A stretch of DNA of 64,000 bases, taken from assembly GCA_050084515.1 (NCBI GenBank), contig CM114271.1:14446001-14510000 (forward strand), written 5' to 3'. This document shows, piece after piece, positions 52,301 through 62,855 of the stretch; the first letter of the stretch is position 1, and every line of letters begins with the position of its first letter. The DNA comes from Blasia pusilla. Its lineage: Eukaryota. A model generated the notes under the pieces. That model saw only the letters and a list, made by a program, of their open reading frames with translations, made no database searches and was not told where the DNA came from. A program made the position numbers and the translations under genes.

Positions 52301-53919
52301 GACATTTACAAGAGCATCAGCCTCGTTCTCTAACATACACTTTGGAGAATGTGCAAATTTTGGGCAATTCGAGGTCCCGCGTAAAGACAAGTGCTCATCA
52401 GGTACGCACATGGATCGGCCCGACAATGTTGTTAGATGCGGCGAGTGTAGGTTCTAGAGCACACCACCCGCGTCTTTGGTGGACCAACTTGGTACCACAT
52501 AAGGTATTATGGAGGGCCTATGTGGGAGTGGAGCTCCCCTCCGATTTGTTGGCGGATTCAATATTGGATCCCGACTGTCCATCACAGGCAGTGAGGCACG
52601 ATGATCAACCGCCATTGATTGTGGTCAACAAGATAGGCATGCCACGTGCAGCCTTTCCCATATTGGTAATTTTCCCGATTCCTATGCATTCAAGGAGGCC
52701 GGAGTTGGCTTGGTTTGGGATGACCGGATACATAGGTTGGTGGAGCCCAACGCCGATGAGCGAGAGGGAGCGATGGGATTCCCCATAGGAGTGACGGCAG
52801 TACCGTCACTATCAGAGGCATCACGACGTCATGTCTTGGGTTAGGCAATGGACATGAACTACTTGACATGGATTTTCAACTTACGAGTCGATGTACAACA
52901 TCGTTTGAGGATGCGACATATCACAACAGTTGTGTTGGTGAGCCCCATGCCTACTGAGACGGTTGAGGCAGTGGCTAGGGGTGAGACTTGAAGAGATTGA
53001 GAGAGACACCCTTGGACTTCTTAGGATATTTTGCAGGTATACCAAGAGATGGTAGCCACAACATCGAGCGTGGTTTTATGTATTACACATAGAGATCCGA
53101 TTTTGTAGTTGGCTGCAGGGGAGCAGTTGAGTTTTGTTGTCCGAGACGGGGTTGCACCATAGCAACCATCACAACCTACGTCGAAGAGTCCTACCATAGT
53201 CACGATGGAGACTTAGGACCCCAATATGGGCCCTAAGTTGACAGGAAGAAAGCGGCGCCGGACACACCAGTTCCTTAAGAGTTATAGGAGTTGTTTTGCA
53301 TTTAGCATGCATGATTTGGGTATGTTGAAGGGTCCAGGGATCCGCATTGAGTTGTCGAGCAACACGTCGATCTTCCGGCGATCCTACAGGTACAGTGACA
53401 TGGAGAGGGCTTTGATTTAGAGTAGGAGCTAGGACTTGGTGGGAGCAGGACTGGTGGAGATGTCGCATGGGGAGTATGCATGTGCCACTATCATGTATGC
53501 CAAGAAGGATGTGCATGGCAACTCGACGGATAGGCGGATGTGTGGAAATTACCGACCTATCAATTGGCAAACAAAGTCTGATAGGTATGCCATGCCCATC
53601 CTTGAGGAGATCTTTGATTCGATTGGGCATGCAAAGATCTTCAGTTCATTGGATTTGCCAGTCAGATACCATCAATTGCCTATCAGATTGGAGGACAAGC
53701 AGAAGAGGGGCGGTTCTTACCATTCGGGTTAAAGAACACCCCGGTTGAGTTTCACACGGTCATGGATAGGATCATAGCAAGTCAGGATTTAGCTAGATAT
53801 TATATTGATGACATCGTAGTCTTTAGCGTCACGGTTGAGGAGCATGAGCGACATCTAGAGGAGGTGTTTCCACGATTGCAGTTATATGGGCTGAAGCTAC
53901 ATCCAGGCAAGTGCAAATT
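49381..53919 (+). mobile_element. Family-X element copy 1 (truncated): partial A, leader, gag, protease, DNMT3-like domain, RT
   Basis: Starts TGTCACGTCTTTT. Contains ILLDSGAQPL (protease), IRVLDLFGEIS/GWPYHGQS/TLENV (DNMT) and RMCGNYRPIN...YIDDIVVFS (RT). Collinear with 54602-61380. Confidence 0.9.
51938..52880 (+). pseudogene. DNMT3-like cytosine-C5 methyltransferase domain, copy 1 (catalytic PC mutated to PY)
   Basis: Motifs I (IRVLDLFGEISTG), IV (DLVISGWPYHGQS), VI (YTLENVQ), VIII (AHHPRLWWTNL). Confidence 0.9.
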
Positions 53920-54565
53920 TGTAGTGCGCATACATATTGCTAAACAACATACATCGCTATCACCAAACACACACACAAACGCGCACGATCCCATGCTAAC
54001 TCATGGCATCCAAACAACGAGACAAGAGGTACCAAAATATCTCTTTGTAAAATAGGATCCAATCTCTCTCACAACACCATAGTTCTCATATGTGTGCAGT
54101 CACACATGTCTCTGTCAATGTCAAACCAAACCCACTCTCTGAATGAGAGGCTAAGGTTACACACATTAGCTAACCAAGACCATAGCTCTGTCGCCTCATG
54201 CCAAGACGTTCAACAAAGAGAGAATGAGATCTCAAGCTCTCTCTCCTTGAGGTATATCCCTCTCCTCTCCCAAGCTCTCTCCGTGGTAACCTATTCTCCC
54301 AAGTCACCTCCTTGGCTCTTGACCTGATGTAGGAGGTCAAGGGCCACTTACCAAAAATAGAAAGTTGATCATATACTCAAAATGGTACTTACCTAAAATA
54401 GAAAGTTCCTCAATATGGCTCCAAATGAGCCGAAACGAAGGGGAAACCTGCTCTCTCAGGTTTCTCAAGGCCTCAACAAGTCATCCTCAACCTACTGAGC
54501 CTGTCCTCCACTACCCATGAAGGTGTTCTACTAGATCTCACCCATCTATCCGAAAAGACGTGACG
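53920..54565 (-). mobile_element. Family-X solo A-B unit
   Basis: Minus strand: GTCACGTCTTTTCGGATAG ... TATTTTACA (A end, 54046) joined to AAGAGATATTTTGG ... GCGCACTACA (B end, 53920). Confidence 0.85.
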
Positions 54566-57500
54566 TATGACCAAAGTACTCAATCTGTTCGTAGAAGAAT
54601 TTGTCATGTCTTTTAGGATAGCTCGGTGAGATCTAGTAGAGTGACTTCTTGAGTAGTGGAGGACAGGCTCAATAGGTTGAGGACGACTTTGTTGGGGAAA
54701 ATCAGCGCGGAAGAGCTGCCGAATTTTACGTAGGAGAAAGAGACATTGGGCTTTACGACAGTCCCTGTAAATTTTTACTGGAATGTCCGATTCTAAATAT
54801 TTTTTAATAGTGTCGTAGATCGTAAAACTGTGCAGGCTGTGCAACAAACAAATTTGGAGTTGCGAGCAAAAACTTATGGTCAATCTTGCAAAATTGCCAT
54901 TGCTAGGCCATTTTTCGGGTTAAATTGTTCAAACCCTAAACCAGCCGCCACGCCGGCGGCGGCCGTCACTATCATAGTCCCCATCAACGGTCGGCCATCG
55001 AGGATCAACCGTCACCATTGATGGTCAACCATCACTGTCAATGATCGGCCATCACCATCAACGGTCAACGGTCCACCGTCCGTTGTCCACCTTTTGGTTG
55101 CCATTACCGCCGCTACGGAATGGAGGGTCTTCCACGACGTTCGTTGATTCTCTGACTTGCATCTCCACCACCTACTTTGTTTTGGCCGCCACCGTCATCG
55201 TAGTTTCGTCATCAACCAGTGATGGCAGATGACCAATGTCTCTTTCTCCTACACAAAATTTGGCAGCGTTTCCGCGCTGATTTCTCCCAACGAAAATGAC
55301 ATCACTCATCATCAACCACTAAAGTAAAAACGGATGGGGATTGTCGTAAAGCCCAGGTTGGGGACCGTGTTCCCCGTTCAGCGGCTCATGGGAGTGCTCA
55401 CCGGAGCAAGGGCTGCTTTCATCATTCCTTGCATTTGCCGATTTTTCGTGTGGAAGAGTGGCGCACGGAAGCGCTGCCCAATTTTTGACAGGGATTGAGT
55501 ATGGGGTTGGGTTGCCCCATGCTAGTGCTCACGGGAGCACCATGTAGCTTGCTGATTTGTATTTTTACAGATTTTACATTTTTTTGGGAGAAATCAGCGC
55601 GGAAACGCTGCCAAATTTTGTGTAGGAGAAAGAGACATTGGGCTTTACGACAATCCTCGTCCGTTTTTACTGAAATGTTTGATTCTAAATATTTTTTGAT
55701 ACTAGGGTAGATCGTAAAGCTGTGCACGTTGTGCAACAAACAGTGCGCAATTTGGAGTTGCGAGAAAAAAGTTATGGTCAATCTTGTAAAGCTGCCATTG
55801 CTAGGCGATTTTTAGGGTTAAATTGTGCAAACCCTAAATCAGCCGCCACACCGGCGGCGGCCGTCGCCATCATAGTCACCGTCAACGGTCAACAGTCAAC
55901 CATCACCGTTGACGGTCACTTATCACCATCATCGGTCGGCCATCACCATCAGCGGTCAACCGTCACTGTCAACGGTCCACCGTCCATTGTCCACCCTTTG
56001 GGTGCCATTGCCGCCATTACGGAGTGGAGGGTCTTCCACGACGTTCGTTGATTCCTTGACTTGCGTCGCCACCACGTACTTTGTTTTGGCTGCCACCGTC
56101 ATCACAGTTTCTTCATCAACCAGTGATGGCAGGTGACCTTCGGTTATGGTGTTTGAGTTTTGATTTCATGCTGCTATGTTGTGATTGGTAGCCGCTCGAC
56201 GACGATCCAGTATCGTGCCATGATACTGGATCGTCGTGTCAATGAGATGATAGCCTGGTCGATTTGCCGCACCACGCCGCGTGTTACCGCACGTTACACG
56301 TCTCGGGGAGAGAGAGTGTAGATTGAGTGCCGCATGTTTGGGATGAGTGATTGAGGGATTCCTCACCAGGTTCAGAGTGATCGGGTGAGAGGGGCACGAG
56401 GGTCATCACGGAGTCCGTTCGGGACTTTGAGAGGCGAGGTGGTGAACCCGAGAGTAGCTCTAGAGGTTTTACGCGGAGTGGCGCGAGGTTCCGAGGGTCT
56501 CCACGTGAGGGACCACCTCGACCTCTTTCTGTGTCATCGTCAGACAAGGGGGAGGGTGTAGAGGAGTTTGTGAGCACATCGCCACACATTGTGAGTGGTC
56601 CTATCAGTTGGGCGTACGAGATGGACGACCGGGGTAGAGGACCGCGTAGGTTTTCAAGTGCAGTAGGCACGATTGAGTTGCACGATTTTATAGCAGAGTT
56701 TAGGAGTTGGTGCAACTCCCAGCGGGCCAGGAACTCTAGAGAGTTCAACCCGTTCTGACATGGAAGCGGTATGTTCCAAAGCATTTAATGGGGCGCCCAT
56801 GGACGATTACCATGAGTTCTCTCAGAGATATGCATGTGAGATCAAGGCGTGGAGGCTCTACTATGACCCACATTATGTGTCATGGACGGAGCCGTTCCCA
56901 GATGAGGAGGAGGAGTCAGGAGAGGCTACTTCCTCTTCCACTAGTGACGTTTTAGGAGGAGTCACTCGCACGGGAGCAGTTGCACCATCTAGTCGGGTTC
57001 GTCCCAGGTTCAACCCTGTGGTTGAGTTCTTTGCTGTGTTGAGGGCGAGCTACCAAGGGGTACGGACGGAGAAGTTGCGGAGCATCCAGGAGTTCCAGAG
57101 GCGCTCGGGTGAGAGTTTGCGTGAGGCTTACACTCGCTTGCGCCGGTTGATCAACGTCACTCAGGGGATGACAGAGGCTCAGGCTATCCGGTCATGGTAC
57201 GCGATGCTGGGCCGGACCCTACGGACACAGGTGTAGGAGGGGGTGCTTCTTATGAACACCTCCCCTACGTTGAGAGATGTTTTTAGGACCACCGAGAACA
57301 TTGAGCGCAACATGGTGGAGGAGAGCGTAGCCACCATGGGTTCTGGGCGAGAGCAGTCGTGCTTGTCTATAGCAACGTGGACTCCGAGATAGGTCGACTG
57401 TGGCACCACGAGCTCAGGGAGGGTATCAGGAGGCCGTGCCACAAAGACCTATGCCTTCATATGTGGCTGAGCAGTAGTCGCCTATTATTACTTGTTGGTC

Positions 57501-59323
57501 ATGTGGTGGAGTCCATCATCAACACGATTGTACTCGTCAGGGTCATGGACGTGTGCCTCAGCATGGAGGAGGAGATGGTGCTGCACCAGGAGGTTATCAG
57601 CGTGACTATTGTCAGAGGTATGGTCATACACGCGCCAGGTGTTTCAGTTTACATCCTGAGTTACGTCCGGACCGAGGGCGAGGAGGGCACCGGCGAATAG
57701 CGGTCGGGGTGGGCCTAGAGATCGTGCACCAGGTGGTCAGTTGGGGGCGAGGCTGGGAGTTGCCCGACAGGGTGGTGGAGCTGCCCATGGAGGAGGTAGA
57801 GTACCACCACCTAGACGCGCCGAGGGAGACGCCAAACGTGAGGCTGGGATGGCTGCTCAGATACAGCAGCTAGAGGAGCAGATTGCCGCTATGGCATTGA
57901 GGTTACCAATGCCGGATCCATCGCATCGACATCATATGGAGTAGCCAGAGATCTGGAGGATCCTGGATGGATGTGCGGGGTTGCCCAGATGGAGGCCACC
58001 GCAGTTGTGACGCGTGGAGGAGCCGCAGAGTTGGATCCACAGTGAGGGGAAGCCAGAAGACAGATTAGGCTTCCTCACTCTTTCACGTTGTTTGAAGCGA
58101 TGAGGATCCCATCGATGGGTCCTCATCAAAGTTCCTGGAGAGTTGGCGATATTGTTGGTGTGCAGGCACAGAGGGCGATGGGAGAAGCGAGTGCGACGAC
58201 TCCTATTGTTGATGCTCAGGAGGGGCATGTGTCGAGCACGTTGTTGGGGGCGGCCACCGTTGTGTGCCGCACTCCCTTATTTTCTGCTTCCGATGTTATG
58301 ACGTTGGGGGGTACGCCCGCCGAGGCTTTTTGGCTGGCTGCTTCACTATGTGAGCACGGAGTTCGAGTTCCTGCATCACGTTCAGAGGTGATTGCAGAGG
58401 AGGTGATGGACCTGCCCTTGCAGCGGATGCTCGGACCGTCCACGTCAGATTCATGGCAGGCTGCGGCTGCTTGGATGGCGGAGATGCCCGCTAGACCCGC
58501 GATAGAGCGTGCCATGGCTTCTCCCGATGTTGTGTTGCTGGATAACCAAGGAGAGGTCTTCCAGTTGGTGAGTCCTGGAGGTAGAGCTTTTAGTCCGCAG
58601 CGCATCTTGTTGGATTCAAGAGCACAACCCTTGATGTTGGGGAAAGCGTCATTCAGAGGATTGGGCTTGACGAGAGCAGATGTGGAGCGTTGTCCATTCC
58701 GGATACAGACATCCTTGGGTGGAGCGAGTACCACACAGTATATCACCCAACATGAGGTCGTGGTGAGGATTCGCCCGGGACATCCTACAGATGAGTCCGT
58801 GGTGCGCGCCAAGGCGATGGTGACTAATGCAGAGTCCTACGACGTCTTGGTTGGTGGAGGAGTGTTATACCTGATGGGGTTTTCCCTGGATTACTGGGAG
58901 GAGTCAACGTCCTACAGACCAGGATGGCAATCAGGTGATGGGCGCCTTAGCTCATTACCCGTTTGATTCATAGGTGCAGTGATCGAGCAAAGGCCAGGAG
59001 AGATGGCGACCTTAGCAGCATTTAGCAGTGCCATCACTTGGCCTAGTGATTTGATTGAGGGACATGTCCATGCAGAGGATACTCCCGTTCCTGACATTTC
59101 TATGGAGAGGAGTGTTATGGTAGCTGCATCATTCCGTGGAGGAGAGGTGCCGTTGTGGGGCTCGACTGAGAAGCTTCAACGATTGGCAGATGAGCACGTG
59201 CAGACCGCGTGCAGCCAGGCGTTGCACAGGCGTGGCGGGTGCGAGGAACCCGAGGTAGCAGGGAGTGCTACGATGACACCCTTGGATACCACACCCATTG
59301 TGTTGTGTACCGCGGAGGAGGGT

Positions 59324-60260
59324 ATTCGAGTGTTAGATCTCTTTGGAGGGATTAGCACCGGGTTAGCTGCTGTTTTGCAGGCAGGAGTGCGAGTACAGCA
59401 GTACCTCTATGTGGAGAGTGATGATGTTGCGAGGCGCGTCTCACTACGACATGTGGCGCAATTACGCCTATGTTTTCCCGACTTATCATTTGCGTCCACA
59501 CTATAGGGGTACCAGAGTTCCCTACCGAGGGATATTTTGTTGTTGGGGGCGCAGGACTTAGAGCGGGTAGGGACCATTGATTTGGTCATTGCCGGTTGGC
59601 CATGTCACGGCCAATCGAGTGCTGGACGAGGCAGCGGGTTGGCTGACACTCGGTCCATGTTGTTTTGGGAGATGTTGAGGGTCTTACGGCAATTGCAGGA
59701 GCACCAGTCTCGTTCTCCAACCTACATTCTGGAGAATGTGCCGATCTTAGGAGACTCCAGGTCACGGGTGGTGACGAGTGCTCATCAAGTGCGTGCCTGG
59801 ATTGGCCCAACAATGTTCTTGGATGCGGCAGTGTAGGTTCTAGAGCCCATCGCCCGCGTCTATGGTGGACCAACTTGGTGCCCCATGCGGTGTTATGGAG
59901 GGCGTATGCGAGAGTGGAGCGCCCCTCCCATTTGTTAGTGGATTCCATTCTGGATCCAGGTCGTCGATCACAAGCAGTGAGGCACGATGATCGACCACCG
60001 CTGATTGTGGTCAACAGGATAGGTAGGCCGCGGGCAGCCTTGCCCACGTTTGTGAGATTTCCTGCTTCCTATGCATACAAGGAGGCCAATCCTGGCTTGG
60101 TTTGGGATGACCAGGTTCAGCGGTTGGTGGAGCCCAACGCCGACGAGAGAGAGCAAACGATGGGATTTCCCACAGGAGTGACGGCAGTACCATCAGTGTC
60201 AGAGGCATCATGATGCCATATCTTGGGTCAGGTGATGGACCTGAACTGCTTAACATGGAT
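59324..60260 (+). pseudogene. DNMT3-like cytosine-C5 methyltransferase domain inside Pol, copy 2
   Basis: I IRVLDLFGGISTG; II YLYVESD; IV DLVIAGWPCHGQS; VI YILENVP; VIII AHRPRLWWTNL; IX EREQTMGFPTGVT; X ILGQVMD. Broken by stops at 59504 and 60211 and a 1-bp deletion near 59829. Confidence 0.93.
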
Positions 60261-61474
60261 CCTCAGCTTGGGAGTGGTTGAGCAGCGTCGTATGAGATCG
60301 CGACAGATCACAACGGTTGCGTTGGTGAGCCCCATGCCTATCGAGACGGTGGAGGCAGTGGCTGGGGGCGAGACCGGAAGGGATCTACGCACCAGGGGAG
60401 ATCGGGAGAGACACCCTTGGACTTCTTGGGATGTTTTGCAGGTACGCAAGGAGATGATAGCCACAACATCGAGCATGGTTTCGGGCACTGCACGTGGAGA
60501 AGATCACAATTTGTAGTTGGCTGCAGGAGAGCGGCCGAGTGTTGTTGTTTGAGACGGGGTTGCACCATAGCAACCACCGATACCCGCGCCGGAGAGTCCT
60601 ACCGTAGTCACGATGGAGACTTGGGAGCCAGATATGGGCCCTAAGTTGACAAGAGGAGAGCGGCGCCGAATACATCAGTTCCTCAGGAGTTATAGGAGTT
60701 GCTTTGCGTTTAGCATGGAGGATTTGGGTACGCTGAAGGGACCGGGGATCCGCATTGAGTTGTCGAGTGATATGCCGATCTTCCGACGACCCCTCTGGTG
60801 TCTGATGATATGGAGAGGGCTCTGATTCAGAGTAGGAGCCAGGACTTGGTCGGAGCACGACTAGTAGAGATGTCGCATGGGGAGTATGCATCTGCCACTG
60901 TCATGCTCGCCAAGAAGGATGTGCATGGCAACTGGACGGATAGGCGGATGTGTGGGGATTACCACCCTATCAATCGGCAGACAAAGTCCAATAGGTATGC
61001 CATGCCCACCCCTGAGGAGATCTTTGATGCAATTGGTCACGCAAAGGTCATCAGTTCATTGGATTTGCGAGCCGGATACCATCAGCTTCCTATCAGATTG
61101 GAGGATAGGTAGGAGACGGCATTTTGGGGCATCGATCCTCACGGGAAGGATTGTTTGTACCAGTGGCGGTTCTTACCATTTGGGTTAAAGAACGCCTCGG
61201 GTGAGTTTCAGAGGGTCATGGATAGGATCTTGGCTGGTCAGGATTTTGCTAGGTGTTACATTGATGACATTGTAGTCTTTAGCGCCACGGTTGAGGAGCA
61301 TGACCGACATCTAGAGGAGGTGTTTCGACGATTGCAATTACATGGGCTGAAGCTACATCCAGGCAAGTGCAAGTTCTTCTACAACCAGATTGAGATTTGG
61401 GTCATACGATATACTCAAGGGGCCTTGGTGTTCAGCAAACGAAGGTAGAGGCTATCTCACGCATTCCACACCCT

Positions 61475-62855
61475 TGTCGTGCGCATACATGTCGCTACAC
61501 AACATATATCGCTAGTCACATCTACACCACACAACACCGATCTTCCCCACACACGGGTCGATCCACACATGTACAAAAATCAACTCATACATATACATGG
61601 AGATCATACAACCGCCCCCCTAGCTGGCAGTTGGATCCCCCCAACTCCAAATAGAAAATATCATATCTCTCTGACACGACCTACTACCCTATACACATCT
61701 TGGACATATCCATCGTCCCGTGTGAACCACATCAAGAGGGGGGTTTAGACATGACATATGCCATCCTCGAGAACAACCATCACATACCTACATGGTGGCT
61801 GCACCCCTCGCACATCCGTACAACATACACCTCAAGCCTACACTTACCACTGCCAAGCTCGGATCCACCGTCCCATCAACGTTCGGAAGATGACATGGCG
61901 CACAATTTCCGAAATGATCCTTCCAAACCATACCATCCCGTCCCTCCAACATGAGGACTCTCGTCGGTAAAACCTCGCGCACACGTAGGATCGTGCGCCC
62001 TGCAGTGACATCTAGCACACGTAGGATCGTGCCGCTTGCTGTAAATACACGTAATCTCCACGATGAAACCTCCTAATCCCGGACGGGTGCGTTTAGGGTC
62101 CGCGCCCATCCGCGTCCGTCAGCGCCCGTCGCCGCCCGTCTGTCGCCCGTTGCCGCCCGTCCTTCGCCCCTCGCCCGTCGCCGCCGCGCCCTAACCCTAG
62201 ACCGGCCGCGACCTAGCTAGCCATCTTTACTTAACAGCCCCCCGACGGCTGCAAGACCCAAATCTTCTTTTCTTCTCTCTCTCAACACCCTCACTCGCGT
62301 ACACCCGACGCCTACTCCGTACTACACTCTGCCGTTGTGCCCAATTCCTGTGCACAAAATCTGAGAAAAACGGACAGCACCAGCCCCCTGCCATCTTTCT
62401 CATGTAAAAATAAAGAGAAGTAAAAACGGCACACCCCGCCTAAAACTCCACTCCTCAATCTACATCGGCATATCGAGCCTCGTCCACCCTGTGCTATCAA
62501 GGAATCCAGACGCTAGCACCCTAGTCCTAGCTTACACACATACAAGGGAGGTGCTCCAACGGCCCAACATGAGAAAGATGGCTTAGGAAAGCCATCTTCC
62601 TCTCTTATATAGGGTTGGGAAGAGCCAAAAGGCTCTTCCCCTAGAAATAGCCCTCCCCTTGGTAGCCTGCGCGCACAGGTTACTAGGGGCGGGTGACCTG
62701 GTCAACAAGTCACCCGGCTGTAAAAGATCTCAACATGAAAGTTATCAAAAACGAATGGACCTATCCTCAACCTCATCCGACACCATGGGACAAAGCTACA
62801 CTCAAGATAGTCCGCTGGCTCCTACGCCCTATCCACGATAGATCTCGGCCTATCA
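61475..62855 (-). mobile_element. Family-Y-related short element nested in pol: A (62855-62403), PBS-like site, short leader, integrase tail plus PHD, PPT-like tract, B (61610-61475)
   Basis: TGATAGG...CACGACA termini. Host pol is continuous across it (ISRIPHP | SDVSRV). Confidence 0.88.
62390..62611 (-). promoter_or_regulatory. Element promoter (TATATAA at 62611-62605) and putative self-priming pair
   Basis: 16-bp perfect inverted repeat, 62567-62582 vs 62390-62405. One arm starts 29 nt after the TATA box; the other lies at the TTTTACA end of A. Confidence 0.7.

Noticed and set aside
58979-60260. Host DNMT3/DRM gene or bacterial restriction-modification methylase
   Set aside because: Intronless, in frame with retroelement protease and RT, and repeated in the same context; no partner nuclease or host-type N-terminal domains.
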